DNA of 64,000 bases from an uncultured Blastochloridaceae bacterium (GCA_964351865.1 CAYGPJ010000014.1:35556-99555); one strand, 5' to 3'; shown: positions 29,619 to 41,029, numbered from the stretch's first letter. Translations and numbers: made by a program. The notes: a model not told the origin generated them from the sequence alone.

Positions 29619-29972
29619 CTATGCGATTTTCTGTTGCCATTCTTCGGCTTTGAAACCAGTCACGCATGTTTCTTTACCAATGACAAACGGGCGCTTTACC
29701 AGATTTCCGTTCTGCTGCATCAATGCGAAGACTTCATCCGGCGTCATGTCGTCGAGCTTATCCTTAATGCCGAGGTCCCGGTAATCCTGACTGGAGGTGT
29801 TGAGCAGACGACGGAGGTTACCGTCGTAGGCCTGCAGCATTTTTCTCAATTCAGCAGGTGACGGGGGCGTTTCACGGATAGGAAGATTTTTGTAAGCAAT
29901 CGATTTGGCGTCCAGCCATTTGAGAGCGTTGCGGCAGGTCGAGCACTTGGCGTAGGTGTAGATTTTCAACAT
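29619..29972 (-). CDS. ArsC/Spx/YffB-family thioredoxin-fold protein
   Basis: 'MLKIYTYAKCSTCRNALKWL' N-terminal C-x-x-C motif typical of the family; 117 aa. Confidence 0.85.
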   Translation of the reverse strand: MLKIYTYAKCSTCRNALKWLDAKSIAYKNLPIRETPPSPAELRKMLQAYDGNLRRLLNTSSQDYRDLGIKDKLDDMTPDEVFALMQQNGNLVKRPFVIGKETCVTGFKAEEWQQKIA

Positions 29973-30074
29973 GGGGGAAATTTAAGGTAAAACGGTAAAT
30001 GCAAAATGTAAAAGTTCCCGAAATTCAGAAAATTTCTGCGTTCTGCATTTTGAACTTTGCGTTTATAGTCAGGT

Positions 30075-31199
30075 GTGGAAAAAATTCTGGTGGGACTCTC
30101 CGGGGGCGTTGACAGCGCCGTGGCGGCCGCTTTGCTGGTTGAGCAAGGCCATGAAGTCGTGGGCGGCTACATGAAAAACTGGATCAACGAGGATGACATT
30201 CCCGGAGAATGCCCGTGGGAGCAGGACGTGGCTGATGCGCAGGCTGTGGCCGATGCTTTGGGGATCGAGTTTCGGGTAGTCGATCTGACGCAGGAATACA
30301 AAAACCGTATCGTGCTCTACTTGCTCAACGGCTATGAGGACGGGATCACACCCAATCCGGATGTGATGTGCAATCGCGAAATGAAATTTGGCGTTTTCCG
30401 CACCTATGCTAAGGCCAACGGCTTTGATGCGGTGGCGACCGGGCACTACGCCCGGCGTCGGCTGAATAAGGATGGCTCGGTGGATCTTTTGGAAGGAGCC
30501 GATAAGAATAAGGATCAGAGTTATTTTCTGGCGCTGATGCAGCAGGACCAACTGGCCGATGCACGTTTTCCGATTGGAGAAATCCCCAAACCGGAAGTGC
30601 GGCAACTGGCGGAGAAATTCAAGCTGCCGGTCGCGACCAAAAAAGACAGTCAGGGAATCTGTTTTATCGGGCAGGTCAAAATGAGTGATTTCCTGCGCAC
30701 CTACGTTCCGGACAAGCCGGGCAAGATCGTCGATCTCAGCGGTAAAGTGATGGGGGAGCACCGGGGCTTGCACCTCTACACGCTGGGGCAGCGCCGTGGG
30801 CATGGGGTGGCTTCGCCTTACCATGGCCAGGCGTATGTGGTGGTGGAAAAACGGGGTGCGACGAATGAACTGGTGGTAGCGATTGAACAACCGGACACTC
30901 CGGGGCTGTTTGCACAGGGGTGTCGGATCGGCAGTCTCTCGTGGACGAATCAACCAATCACCACCGCCGTTAATCTGGAAGCCAAACCACGCTATCGGTG
31001 TGAGCGGCAGGTGATTCGTTTCACCCCGGAGCCAGACGGTCGCGCCAGTATTACCTTCATGGAGCCGCAGCGGGCATTAGCGCCGGGGCAGATTTGCGCG
31101 CTCTATCAGGGGGAGGTCTGTCTGGGAGGCGGGATATTCGAGACTATTTTTCATGATAGCGAACCGGTCAGCCCGGATTCTTTGCCCAATTTCGGATAA
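30075..31199 (+). CDS. mnmA: tRNA 2-thiouridylase MnmA
   Basis: PP-loop '[11 protein letters not shown]', 'ATGHYAR', 'KDQSYFL', catalytic Cys 'QGICFIG'; GTG start. Confidence 0.95.
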   Translation: MEKILVGLSGGVDSAVAAALLVEQGHEVVGGYMKNWINEDDIPGECPWEQDVADAQAVADALGIEFRVVDLTQEYKNRIVLYLLNGYEDGITPNPDVMCNREMKFGVFRTYAKANGFDAVATGHYARRRLNKDGSVDLLEGADKNKDQSYFLALMQQDQLADARFPIGEIPKPEVRQLAEKFKLPVATKKDSQGICFIGQVKMSDFLRTYVPDKPGKIVDLSGKVMGEHRGLHLYTLGQRRGHGVASPYHGQAYVVVEKRGATNELVVAIEQPDTPGLFAQGCRIGSLSWTNQPITTAVNLEAKPRYRCERQVIRFTPEPDGRASITFMEPQRALAPGQICALYQGEVCLGGGIFETIFHDSEPVSPDSLPNFG

Positions 31200-31250
31200 A
31201 TGATGTATTAGCTAGACGAGATTATAAAAGTCTATATATTAGACAAAGTA

Positions 31251-32540
31251 ATGTTTACCGATTACACCCATCCACAAGCTAAACTGGTCCAGACGATGGA
31301 TCGCATCTATAAATATGAAATGACCACGACTTCGGGGGGCAATTTGTCGCTGGTCGATGAGGAGTCTAAAATGTGGATCACTCCGTCACGAGTGGATAAA
31401 GGAGGTCTACAGGAACGGGATATTGTTAGTATTGACGCGGGTGGAAAAATCACGGGAATACACCCGCCTTCCTCTGAGTATCCGTTTCACCGCCAAATCT
31501 ACGAAGTTCGGCCAGGCATTAAGGCCATCATCCATGCCCATCCGGTGGCCTTGGTGGCATTCAGTGTCGTGCGACAAATCCCGGATGTGCTGGCGTTTAC
31601 TAAAGCCCTCAAACGATGCGGTAAAATTGCGCTGGCTCCTTACGCCTTACCGGGCAGTGAAATGCTGGGTAAAAATATTGCCGACCAGTTTAAAGCGGGA
31701 TGCGATGTGGCGATTCTGGAAAATCATGGTGTCGTTGTTGGTGGAGCAACTCTGGAACAAGCATACGAACGCTTTGAATTGCTGGAGTTTTTTTGTCGCT
31801 CTTTGATTCAGGCCTCACGGATCGGAAAAGTGAAGGCAATGGATCAGTGGGATCTGAAGTTGTTGGAAAATCGGCCGGAGCCGTTGCCTGAGTTGGAACA
31901 GCACACTCCGACCACCCCGGAGAAAGAAGCGCGTGCGGAACTGGCGCGGTTTGTCCGGCGTGGTTATGAACATGGACTGTTTACCGGAATCCAAGGGACC
32001 TTTTCGGCGCGATTAAGTGACGAAGAGTTTCTGATTACTCCACGGCAAGCGGACCGCAGTAAGCTCTCGGCTGGTGATTTGTGCTACGTAAAGCAAGGGT
32101 GCGTTGAGCCGGGTAAAGAAGCCAGCCTAGGGGCGCGCAGCCACCTTGAAATTTATCGGCAGCAACCCGAGGTTAAATCGATTATCAATGCTGCACCGCC
32201 ATCAGCGCTGGGATTTGCGATGACGCGGGAGTCGTTGAATTCGCGCACCATCCCGGAAAGTTATCTCTTTTTGCGCGAGGTGCCGCGTTTGTCGTTGAGT
32301 GATGTCTATGGCAATGAAGGAAGTGTTGCCGCCCAGGTGAGTCTGAGGCAGCCGGTTTCCCTGGTGGACAATGAAGGCGTATTAGTGGTCGCCGCTTCGG
32401 TCTTTGAAGCCTTTGACCGGCTGGAGGTGACCGAGGCAACGGCGCAGTCGCTGGTTGAGTCGTCTACATTGGGGCAAGTCTGTCCGATGGAAGATGCCGC
32501 GATTGAAGAGTTGAAAGAAGCTTTTGGATTAAAGGATTAG
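31251..32540 (+). CDS. Class II aldolase/adducin-family protein with tandem domains
   Basis: Two class II aldolase-like halves (His-rich 'IHAHP', 'ENHG'). Confidence 0.75.
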   Translation: MFTDYTHPQAKLVQTMDRIYKYEMTTTSGGNLSLVDEESKMWITPSRVDKGGLQERDIVSIDAGGKITGIHPPSSEYPFHRQIYEVRPGIKAIIHAHPVALVAFSVVRQIPDVLAFTKALKRCGKIALAPYALPGSEMLGKNIADQFKAGCDVAILENHGVVVGGATLEQAYERFELLEFFCRSLIQASRIGKVKAMDQWDLKLLENRPEPLPELEQHTPTTPEKEARAELARFVRRGYEHGLFTGIQGTFSARLSDEEFLITPRQADRSKLSAGDLCYVKQGCVEPGKEASLGARSHLEIYRQQPEVKSIINAAPPSALGFAMTRESLNSRTIPESYLFLREVPRLSLSDVYGNEGSVAAQVSLRQPVSLVDNEGVLVVAASVFEAFDRLEVTEATAQSLVESSTLGQVCPMEDAAIEELKEAFGLKD

Positions 32541-32559
32541 TGAATGAGGGGAGGTGCTA

Positions 32560-32610
32560 ATGGGGGACGGAGGTTCATTGGCATATGCGAACTCCTCCGT
32601 CCCTTTTATA
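32560..32610 (+). terminator. Bidirectional intrinsic terminator between convergent genes; stem shares 'gggacggag' core with family D repeats
   Basis: 'gggacggaggttc…gaactcctccgtccc' followed by 'ttttata'. Confidence 0.6.
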
Positions 32611-32646
32611 CGACCACTCTTGGAGACAGATTGAATACAAAATGCA

Positions 32647-33237
32647 CTAGATCGCTGGGTGTAAATAGACGGGTTCTAGCGCTAAATCCGTCTCGGAACC
32701 GTTGAGCCGGTAGGCCTGATAGAGAAGTTCGGCATCCGGAGCTACTTTTTCGGGCACGCCCTTCAAGCCGTCGGTGGTCACGGCTAGCGAGCATTTACTT
32801 AGCATGGTTTCCAACTCCGCAAGCGGATACACGGCACTGGGGCGGGTGAGTACACCGTTTTCGTAGGCGGTGAAGAAAAAGGAATTTCTCCGAGCATCGG
32901 TGAAGACCCCTAAAAAAGTGACGTGCTGAAAGCGTAAGCCGAGGGCATCGGAACTGCGGATTGGAATGACAGGTGCGCCAGCTGCACGTGCCAACCCTTG
33001 TGCCGTCGCAATGGCAACGCGGATCCCGCTAAAAGAACCGGGTCCAATTCCAACCAAAATGGTATCTAGCGTTGATAAAGGAATGCCCGCTGATTTCAGT
33101 GACGGTATCAGTGTCTGAGAGATTCTCTGCTGGTCTTGAGGCAGGGATTCACCCGCCTGTTGTTTTTCCTGCGAATAATAGGCCCAAGAGGCGACATGAC
33201 CCGATGTCTCCAGCACCAGCACCGAGTTAGTGGACAT
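32647..33237 (-). CDS. tsaB: tRNA t6A biosynthesis protein TsaB (YeaZ)
   Basis: 'VLVLETSG', 'VGIGPGSFSGIRVAIATAQGLA'. Confidence 0.85.
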   Translation of the reverse strand: MSTNSVLVLETSGHVASWAYYSQEKQQAGESLPQDQQRISQTLIPSLKSAGIPLSTLDTILVGIGPGSFSGIRVAIATAQGLARAAGAPVIPIRSSDALGLRFQHVTFLGVFTDARRNSFFFTAYENGVLTRPSAVYPLAELETMLSKCSLAVTTDGLKGVPEKVAPDAELLYQAYRLNGSETDLALEPVYLHPAI

Positions 33238-34177
33238 AAGACTCCGTGGATAAGCTCGGTGGTGCCGCCGGGAAGGCATTCCAACCGGTGCCGAACTGCG
33301 CAAGAAACGCCAGCGAATAGGCCTGCATAAAAACAAATACCGGCAGCATCACCACCTGATGGATGTAGGGAAACAAGGCGATACAACAGGTAAACAGACA
33401 AAACACGATCACCAATAAGACATTCACAATTCCCAGCCCGATGCTGATCAGCAGATATAAAATCCACTCCAGCGGATAGGAGCAAAATAAATCCCAGCCA
33501 TCTCTCGCGGCTTCCAGCAGGCCGCATTTTTTCAGATACATGCGCGAGACGACGATGTGTTTAAAATAAAACATCAGCACTGCGAAGGTGATGATTGGCA
33601 CGGCGATAGCACCGACGCCTGCCGCGAGAAGTGCCGGTGACAGGTTATCCAGCACCAATACGTCAGTAGCCATCAGCACGCCGGCTACTACCCCGACGCC
33701 GATCATGGCGCAGATAAAAACAACCCCGATGGTCAGATAAAAGTAAAACAACTGCCAGGCCTGCCGGCTGAAAGCTTTCCACGGGGCAGCGATTTCCGCG
33801 CGGTTGCGCGCGACGTTGTCGATGAACATGAAAGTACCGCGGCAACTGACCCACAGCAGTGCGATAGCGAGGGCAATCAGTAAGAGGACCAGCATGATGA
33901 TCATGAAAATGCCAAGGCCAAGCACCAACCCGGCGTAATCGCCAAAAACGGATTCCAGCGAAGACATGAAATCGCCGCCGCCGCCACTCGACTCCTGCGA
34001 ACTGGAACCGGAGTAATTACCGCCGTTACTGGAGTAAGACGCCAGCGATGCCAGGAAGCAACTGAACCCGATCACCAGCCATTTTTTAAAGTCAAACGGC
34101 TCAAACAGAATGCGCCGGGTGTGATCCCAAGCGAACTGCAGCGGCGCAATGACAGAGACGGTGGTTGGGGGTTGCAT
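33227..34177 (-). CDS. Polytopic membrane protein, hypothetical
   Basis: 316 aa, 6 or more TM helices; no motif recognised. Confidence 0.5.
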   Translation of the reverse strand: MQPPTTVSVIAPLQFAWDHTRRILFEPFDFKKWLVIGFSCFLASLASYSSNGGNYSGSSSQESSGGGGDFMSSLESVFGDYAGLVLGLGIFMIIMLVLLLIALAIALLWVSCRGTFMFIDNVARNRAEIAAPWKAFSRQAWQLFYFYLTIGVVFICAMIGVGVVAGVLMATDVLVLDNLSPALLAAGVGAIAVPIITFAVLMFYFKHIVVSRMYLKKCGLLEAARDGWDLFCSYPLEWILYLLISIGLGIVNVLLVIVFCLFTCCIALFPYIHQVVMLPVFVFMQAYSLAFLAQFGTGWNAFPAAPPSLSTESYVH

Positions 34178-34251
34178 GAATCACAGAATAACGACTCATC
34201 ATTCTCAAGCAATCAGGGAATCAGAGAACAGAGCCCCGAAGTAGCTCGACC

Positions 34252-35091
34252 TTATGCCAAGGTATGGTGAATCGTCAGAAAATCAGCGGTGGCCTGAACA
34301 TCATGCACGCGCCAGATCTGTGGTCCGGAACAGCGGAGCAAAGCCGCATACGCCGCCAGCCCTCCCGCCAGCCGGTCTTCGACCGGACGTTGCAGTCGCT
34401 TTTCTATAAACGACTTCCGGGAAAGCCCCCACAACATGGGTCGTCCGAGTGCGGCAAAACGGTTGTCTGCTCCAGCACGAATCAGGTCGAGATTATGTTG
34501 CAGGCTTTTTCCAAATCCGATGCCCACGTCGAAACAAAGCGACTCCTCGGCAATACCCAGGTCGATTAATTGCGCTTGCTGACGTTGCAGAAATTCGCTG
34601 ACTTCAAGCACGACACTCCGATACTGCGGATTATTTTGCATGCGCTCGGGATGGTCGAGGGTGTGCATGCAAATGTAGCCGGCATTCGTCTGGTGAACGA
34701 CGGAGAACATTTCCGGATCCCATAATCCGCCACTGATATCATTGATAATGGAGGCTCCGGCGCGCACAGCGGCACGAGCCACCGTGGCTTTACTGGTATC
34801 GATGCTGATCAGTGCGTCCGGACGTTCCTTGCGAATCGCTTCTATGACCGGCAGAACGCGGTCGCATTCTTCGCCAGGATCAACCGGAGTCGAGCCGGGC
34901 CGGGTGGACTCTCCGCCGACATCAATAATCTCAGCCCCGGCCCCCAGCATTTCCAGAGTGTGTACCAGCGCAGCCTCAGGGGTGGTATATTTCCCGCCGT
35001 CTGAAAACGAGTCCGGGGTGACATTCAAAATTCCCATCAGAACCGGAGTGGTGCCGATTTCCAACGAACCCTTGGTGTGCAATAGTTTCAT
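34252..35091 (-). CDS. folP: Dihydropteroate synthase
   Basis: 'MGILNVTPDSFSDGG', 'DVGGESTRPG' pterin-binding motifs. Confidence 0.95.
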   Translation of the reverse strand: MKLLHTKGSLEIGTTPVLMGILNVTPDSFSDGGKYTTPEAALVHTLEMLGAGAEIIDVGGESTRPGSTPVDPGEECDRVLPVIEAIRKERPDALISIDTSKATVARAAVRAGASIINDISGGLWDPEMFSVVHQTNAGYICMHTLDHPERMQNNPQYRSVVLEVSEFLQRQQAQLIDLGIAEESLCFDVGIGFGKSLQHNLDLIRAGADNRFAALGRPMLWGLSRKSFIEKRLQRPVEDRLAGGLAAYAALLRCSGPQIWRVHDVQATADFLTIHHTLA

Positions 35092-35103
35092 GACGTCATT
35101 GAG

Positions 35104-35877
35104 TTAGCGGGTGGCTTGATAATTCTCCAGATTATGATGTGTCGGTTCAAGCCGGGAAAGTGGGCTGACGCGAAAATGGTGTTGCTCGAGCAGGCACTTT
35201 ACGGCTGAAGCAGGATCCTTGCTATCTTCAAAAATAATCGAGTGCAGCGTGTCCCCGGCTAACAGAGAGGTAAGACCCGCGAGCACTTGAGCTTCATGAC
35301 CCTCGACATCAATTTTGATGACATGGGGCGGCGCGGCCTGACCCCTGCTGATCAAATAGTCTCCGCTGAATGTCGACACTTGAATAGCTTCCAGCGTGGC
35401 GTCGTTCTCCCAATTGTGAAGCCCGTTGCGACCGGCATTGCCTGGGTGGCGGTAAAAGTCGGCGGTTCCATTTTCAGCGTCCAGCGCGATTTGGTGTAAG
35501 TCAATTTCCAGTCGATTGTGATCCGCGGCTTTACTGATGAGCTGTGCCATTGCTGGATTGGGTTCAAAGGCATAAACCGTTGAATCGGGGAAATGTGATT
35601 TGATGGTCAGCGAGTGAATTCCGAGGTTGGCACCGATGTCCCAGAATACCTGACCCGGGCAGAGAGCAGATTCGATGGCCTGCAAAACTTCCTGTTCATA
35701 GTAACCATACTGGATGATGCGGTGGTCAATATACTCGAAAGGATCCAGGAAGAGGCGGATCTGATGACTGGTGTTAACTTCGATTCTGCGTCCTCGGCAG
35801 CAAATGCTGTGAAAGCGGGTGGCGCCGCGGAGTCGCTTACGATAGAGAAATGCAGAAATTCGATCAGAGAGTTTCAT
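35104..35877 (-). CDS. FkbM-family SAM-dependent methyltransferase
   Basis: 'VFWDIGANLGIHS…VYAFEPNP' FkbM motif. Confidence 0.8.
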   Translation of the reverse strand: MKLSDRISAFLYRKRLRGATRFHSICCRGRRIEVNTSHQIRLFLDPFEYIDHRIIQYGYYEQEVLQAIESALCPGQVFWDIGANLGIHSLTIKSHFPDSTVYAFEPNPAMAQLISKAADHNRLEIDLHQIALDAENGTADFYRHPGNAGRNGLHNWENDATLEAIQVSTFSGDYLISRGQAAPPHVIKIDVEGHEAQVLAGLTSLLAGDTLHSIIFEDSKDPASAVKCLLEQHHFRVSPLSRLEPTHHNLENYQATR

Positions 35878-35943
35878 GCGGTTTCTCGAGACGTGCTCGA
35901 CACTGCGTTAAACGCCATCATTCATTGGTCAGGAGGAAACGAG

Positions 35944-38019
35944 TTACGCGCCAGCCGGTGCTCCTTCGAGTCCGGGTAAGGTGCCGTCGTTGTCTTTCTT
36001 TTCTTCCTTCTTATCGGGCAGTCCGTTCAGAGCTTCGTCCGGAATCGGAGTGGCGGGTGGTTCAATGTTCTTGGAAGGAGGATCGCTCATCTTGCCGGTC
36101 TTGATCAGTTCTTCGACTTGCTGGGCGTTTAACGTTTCATATTCCAGCAGCGCTTCGGCTATCGACTCGAGCGCGTCGCGTTTTTCCGTGATGATGTCGC
36201 GCGCACGCTGGTGTGCATCACTGACTAGCTTATGCACTTCGTCATCAATTTCCTGCGCAGTGGCTTCACTGTAGCTGCGGCCACGGGAAATGTCGCGACC
36301 CAGGAAAACCGGATCGGAATCATCACCGTAGCGAATCATGCCCAGTTTTTCGCTCATGCCCCATTGGGTGACCATGCTACGGGCGATACTGGTGGCCTGA
36401 TGAATATCCATTGAGGCACCACTACAGACATCACCCAGAAAGATTTCTTCTGCGACACGGCCACCCATGGTCACGCACATCCGATCGATCAGGCGTTTTT
36501 TGTAATAGCTGACCTGATCCTTTTCCGGTAGCGACATCATCACGCCGAGGGATGGTCCACGTGGGATGATGGTCACCTTGTGGAGCGGGTCGGTGTGTTC
36601 CAGCACGACATTCAGCAGGGCGTGACCGGCTTCATGGTAAGCGGTATTCTTCTTCTCTTCTTCCGTCATGGCCAGACTGCGGCGTTCACGGCCCCAGCGG
36701 ACTTTGTCGCGCGCTTCTTCCAGGTCAGATTGTTCGATCGCTTCGGCATCACGGCGTGCGGCCAGCAGGGCGGCTTCGTTCAGCAGGTTGGCGAGCTCCG
36801 CACCGGAAAAGCCGGGGGTGCCCCGGGCGACCAGATTCCATTTGACGGTTTCAGCCGCTTTGACTTTTCTGGCATGCACCAGCAGAATCTGCTCGCGGCC
36901 TTTGACATCCGGTAGCGAAACATTGACTTCACGGTCAAAGCGTCCCGGGCGCAGCAGGGCGGGGTCGAGCACGTCTTTGCGGTTGGTGGCTGCGATGATG
37001 ATGACGCCTTCCTGGGTATCAATGCCGTCCATCTCGACCAGCAAGGCATTCAGCGTCTGCTCGCGTTCGTCGTGTCCGCCACCGACGCCGTGACCACGGC
37101 TGCGACCAACCGCATCAATTTCATCAATAAAGATCAGGCAGGGAGCATTTTTACGACCCTGTTCAAACATGTCGCGAACACGGGAAGCACCCACCCCGAC
37201 GAACATTTCAACAAAGTCAGAACCGCTGATGCCATAGAACGGCACATCGGCTTCACCGGCAATGGCTTTAGCCAGCAGAGTTTTACCGGTGCCCGGAGGC
37301 CCGACCATCAGCACGCCTTTGGGGATTTGGCCGCCCAAGCGTTGGAATCTGCGCGGGTCTTTGAGGAATTCGACGATTTCAGAAACCTCTTCTTTTTCTT
37401 CATCGATGCCGGCGACGTCTTTAAAGGTGATCTTGTTTTTCTCTTTGTTGAGGATCTTGGCCTTGCTTTTGCCGAAGCTGAAAGCGCCTTTGCCGGCAGA
37501 CTTGATCTGGTGGCGGAAGAAGAAATACATCAGCAGGATGAAGAGCAGAAACGGCAGCATGGTGCCGAGCAATTGCATCCATTGGTTATCAATATACTTC
37601 TGCTGGATATTGGGGAATCCGTATTCGGAAAGGCGTTCGTTGAGGTTTTTGTCGAAGTCCAGATTCACCTCGGTCTTAAATTTGGTGGCCGGCTGCAGGC
37701 GTTCTTCCGGCAGGCCGGGAAGCGGATCGATGAATTCACCCTTCAGGTAAGTGACCCCTTTGGTCGGCTCGGAGTAGATAGCGATTTCCTTAACGTTTTT
37801 GGCTTTGAGCTCTTGTTCCAACAAGGTCGGAGACATGGTGCGGGTGACGCCCTCGGTGGCGGTTTTATGCGCCCAGAAAGCAACCATCAATAGTGAGGCA
37901 GCCAGCATGAAGAGCGTTAAGCCCTTCCAGTTTTTAGGAGACGGTCCGCCTCCCTGTTCAGGTTTGCGATTCGGAGCTTTCGGCAGCTTAGGTGGTTTTA
38001 CTTGTGGTTCGTTACTCAT
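35944..38019 (-). CDS. ftsH: ATP-dependent zinc metalloprotease FtsH
   Basis: Walker A 'GPPGTGKT', Walker B 'DEID', SRH, 'HEAGHAL' zinc motif. Confidence 0.97.
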   Translation of the reverse strand: MSNEPQVKPPKLPKAPNRKPEQGGGPSPKNWKGLTLFMLAASLLMVAFWAHKTATEGVTRTMSPTLLEQELKAKNVKEIAIYSEPTKGVTYLKGEFIDPLPGLPEERLQPATKFKTEVNLDFDKNLNERLSEYGFPNIQQKYIDNQWMQLLGTMLPFLLFILLMYFFFRHQIKSAGKGAFSFGKSKAKILNKEKNKITFKDVAGIDEEKEEVSEIVEFLKDPRRFQRLGGQIPKGVLMVGPPGTGKTLLAKAIAGEADVPFYGISGSDFVEMFVGVGASRVRDMFEQGRKNAPCLIFIDEIDAVGRSRGHGVGGGHDEREQTLNALLVEMDGIDTQEGVIIIAATNRKDVLDPALLRPGRFDREVNVSLPDVKGREQILLVHARKVKAAETVKWNLVARGTPGFSGAELANLLNEAALLAARRDAEAIEQSDLEEARDKVRWGRERRSLAMTEEEKKNTAYHEAGHALLNVVLEHTDPLHKVTIIPRGPSLGVMMSLPEKDQVSYYKKRLIDRMCVTMGGRVAEEIFLGDVCSGASMDIHQATSIARSMVTQWGMSEKLGMIRYGDDSDPVFLGRDISRGRSYSEATAQEIDDEVHKLVSDAHQRARDIITEKRDALESIAEALLEYETLNAQQVEELIKTGKMSDPPSKNIEPPATPIPDEALNGLPDKKEEKKDNDGTLPGLEGAPAGA

Positions 38020-38112
38020 TGTATTTATTCATTATCCAAACGATTCAGGCTACCACAGTGGATGGCTTATGGCAACTGGCACGGGACATTTCGTCCGGGG
38101 CCTATGTCAGCA

Positions 38113-39327
38113 TTATCGGGCCCGGGAGGAAAGATAAACCGCCTTCAGATAATTAAGTTCCGGAATGCCGCCCGGATGGTCGTCAGCGTGAGCGGTAATC
38201 TGGTCTAATTCGAAGGGCTTCCCGCTGATGCTAACCGCCGCCTGAATGGCGCCGACAAAATCGGTGCGCGTGACATGGGCGGAACAGGAACAGCACAGCA
38301 GCGTGCCGCCGGGTTTGGTCAGTCGCAGGCCCTCCTCCGCCAGCTTCTGGTAGGCGGCTAATGCATCTTCCCGGTCTGCTTTGCGCTTGGCCAGCGAGGG
38401 GGGATCGATAATGACGAGATCAAAGCGGTCCGGTTGATTTTTGAGCCATTGGAAGACGTCGGCTTGGATATTCAAGCTGCGGCAGTCGGCAAATTCCGGC
38501 AGGTGGGCATTGAGGTTCCAGTTGGCCTGGCATTCCCGCAAAGCATGGGTGCTGATGTCCACGTTCGTGACCGAGGTGGCGCCGCCGCGGGCGGCATGCA
38601 GCGAGAAGCCGCCGCTGAAGCTGAAGAGGTTGAGCACGGATTTTCCCTGAGCCAGTTGTCCGATGGCGTGGCGATTGTCCCGCTGATCGAGGAAGAAGCC
38701 GGTTTTCTGACCACGAATGACGTCCGCGCGCATGCGTAGACCGTGTTCCTCGAAGATCACCGCATCCTCAGCGGGCGGGCCATAGAGCACAGCGCCATCG
38801 ATCCATGCCGGATCCGGGGTGGGCAGGGATTGGATGTTCCGGCTGAGCCGTAGCACGATGCGCTCACACTGGAATTGGTTCTGGAACAGGGAGATCTGCT
38901 CTTTCAGGTGCGGGAACCAGGCGGTGGTGTAGAGCTTGATGACCAACGTTTTGCCATAAGCATCTAAAACCAGCCCCGGCCAGCCGTCGTTTTCGCCATA
39001 GATCCAGCGTAGACCGTTGGTGCCCGGACGCAGCACCTCGCGGCGCAGGTCGATGGCTGCCTGTAGCTTCTGTTCCCACCACGCCAAATCGATGCGGGTG
39101 GGTTTGCCGGCGTGCAGCACGCGGATGCGGATAGGTGAGTCCGGATCGTAGAGGCCGACTGCCAGAAATTTATCCTGTTTGTCAAAAATGACCGCAAGTT
39201 CGCCCGCGGTGCCGGCCCGGGTTTGGGATTTGATGCTCTGATCATAGACCCAGGGGTGGCGACAGCGGACCTGGCGTTCGGCGGAACTGTTCAGACGCAC
39301 CCGGAGCGTAGGAAGAGATTCAGACAT
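38113..39327 (-). CDS. PUA-domain class I SAM-dependent rRNA methyltransferase (RlmI/RlmK-like)
   Basis: N-terminal PUA-like region plus a Rossmann MTase region. Confidence 0.8.
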   Translation of the reverse strand: MSESLPTLRVRLNSSAERQVRCRHPWVYDQSIKSQTRAGTAGELAVIFDKQDKFLAVGLYDPDSPIRIRVLHAGKPTRIDLAWWEQKLQAAIDLRREVLRPGTNGLRWIYGENDGWPGLVLDAYGKTLVIKLYTTAWFPHLKEQISLFQNQFQCERIVLRLSRNIQSLPTPDPAWIDGAVLYGPPAEDAVIFEEHGLRMRADVIRGQKTGFFLDQRDNRHAIGQLAQGKSVLNLFSFSGGFSLHAARGGATSVTNVDISTHALRECQANWNLNAHLPEFADCRSLNIQADVFQWLKNQPDRFDLVIIDPPSLAKRKADREDALAAYQKLAEEGLRLTKPGGTLLCCSCSAHVTRTDFVGAIQAAVSISGKPFELDQITAHADDHPGGIPELNYLKAVYLSSRAR

Positions 39328-39445
39328 GGAATATTAAGGGAGGGTGGCTGACCGCTGTCAGATCAGAACAGCGGCAACGGATGGCAGGCTTTTTAACAAA
39401 AGAGGGGGTGATGTGGTGGCGTGGGGACGTTGGGATGTTAAGATG

Positions 39446-40153
39446 TTAAGGAGCCAGATTCTGGTTATTTTCTTCTTCGATGGCATCAACCAGATTTTCA
39501 TAATCCGGATAAATTTTCCACCACTTGCGACGCTCGACCAGATATTCAAACAAGGGTTTCTGGCTTTCCATCAGACTCAGCAGGCGTTTTTTCTCGGCTT
39601 CCAGATCCAGGATTTTCATCCCTTCTTCCGTGCCCGCCAGTTCGGTGGCCACTTTCTGCTTCATCGTCTGAAACAGCGCCTTATCTTTCGCAAGCAGCGT
39701 TTCTTCCCGCCCATACCAGAACTCATTTTTTGAGATCGCATCGTAGGCATAAGTGAAATACTGATGGGCTTCTTCGATCGCATTTAAGTCACTGCGGCGT
39801 TCAGCTCGGAAAAAATCGATCAGCGGCTTATTGTCGACCTCGGACTGACGCCGTAGAAAATCATATTCTTCCTCTTCCAGGCCGTAGACCTCAACTGCTT
39901 TTTTGGCGTAGGCCTTATTGACAATGGCATCGATTTCGTTGATGCGAGCCAGCACTTTGGTCGCTTCGGTGTCCATGGAATCGGTTAATTTTTTTACATT
40001 AATTTTACCATTTTCAATGGGGAGTTCTTCTAGCGGGTTTACGGGTTCCTGATCACCGGCGGGCAGAGGGGCAACCAGATCTTGCGCGGTCAGCGGCAGG
40101 ACAGTCACCGCGCCAAATATCAGAGTTAGGGGAATGAATTTAGAAGACATCAT
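39446..40153 (-). CDS. Secreted alpha-helical hypothetical protein
   Basis: Signal peptide; charged helical composition. Confidence 0.4.
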   Translation of the reverse strand: MMSSKFIPLTLIFGAVTVLPLTAQDLVAPLPAGDQEPVNPLEELPIENGKINVKKLTDSMDTEATKVLARINEIDAIVNKAYAKKAVEVYGLEEEEYDFLRRQSEVDNKPLIDFFRAERRSDLNAIEEAHQYFTYAYDAISKNEFWYGREETLLAKDKALFQTMKQKVATELAGTEEGMKILDLEAEKKRLLSLMESQKPLFEYLVERRKWWKIYPDYENLVDAIEEENNQNLAP

Positions 40154-40189
40154 GATGGGTATGAGGGGAGATGGTTTTTACATTAAACA

Positions 40190-40738
40190 TTAATATTCCC
40201 GCAAAGCTTTGTTATAGACGCTGAGGTGCTGCTGGATGAGTCGGATAATGTCTTTCCGCACCGGATCGGAGGTCTGGATTAAGTCCAGCATTTTGATTAA
40301 TTCATTTTGAGTCTCGCTGTATAATTTTTTGCCCTTGCCGAAGCTGTCATCGGGATCCAGTTCCTTGATTTTGGCTCGTAAATCGTCGAGTTTACGCATG
40401 TCGCTCTTGGAAAGGTCTTTTTTGAACTTTAACTCTTCCTGTTGTTCAAACAAATCACGCCGTTTTGAGGCAGTTCCTTTTGCGCGAAAGAAGGCGCCCA
40501 AATCGTCAGCTTGAGCAATCACGGTCTCCATCTGATCCCGCACATCGGCTTCCGGAACCCGCGTTTGTAGCAATTTCATATTACGAATAAAAGCTTCCGT
40601 AACATCCGACAGGTCAATAGTGCTCTGGCTGTTTGAGGCGGGATTGAGCTGAGCGGAGACGGGTGAGATCAGTCCACCAGCCAGTATCAGCATTGAGCCA
40701 ATAAGGACACATCGATTCATTTGCGAGATAATAGCCAT
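40190..40738 (-). CDS. Secreted alpha-helical hypothetical protein
   Basis: Signal peptide; K/E/D-rich. Confidence 0.4.
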   Translation of the reverse strand: MAIISQMNRCVLIGSMLILAGGLISPVSAQLNPASNSQSTIDLSDVTEAFIRNMKLLQTRVPEADVRDQMETVIAQADDLGAFFRAKGTASKRRDLFEQQEELKFKKDLSKSDMRKLDDLRAKIKELDPDDSFGKGKKLYSETQNELIKMLDLIQTSDPVRKDIIRLIQQHLSVYNKALREY

Positions 40739-40834
40739 CAGCTTTCAGGAATCCAGACTTTTTGGCCCTAGCTAAAAGTCTACCATAGTATTGCCGATGC
40801 AGAGGGATTGCGGCCCATGAGTCACAAAATGCTT

Positions 40835-40998
40835 TAGTAGACCGTGCAACATGATATGACAGGAACTGTAGGCCGAGAAAACCCAGCGCGATAGCGCGGC
40901 CAAAAAAATAATTTCTAACTTGTTTAGTTTAGGCGTAGCCTAAAGCTTGCATCTCGGCTCCTTCTAAACTGTCGAGATGCAATCTCGACCTACATTTT
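40835..40998. repeat. Family B + family C repeat elements (reverse orientation)
   Basis: 'tagtagaccgtgcaacatgatatgacaggaactgtaggccgaga' followed by the reverse complement of family C 'gcaagctttaggc…cgcgctatcgcgctggg'. Confidence 0.8.
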
Positions 40999-41029
40999 TT
41001 CAACCCGCCGATGCATCCTGCATCAAGGA

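Noticed and set aside
30069-30953. 294-aa ORF antisense to mnmA
   Set aside because: It is fully embedded antisense in a confidently identified, highly conserved gene (mnmA), with a low-complexity translation rich in H/R/P.
36580-37893. ORFs of 111-273 aa antisense to ftsH
   Set aside because: They are embedded in ftsH, which is unambiguous, and are spurious GC-driven frames.
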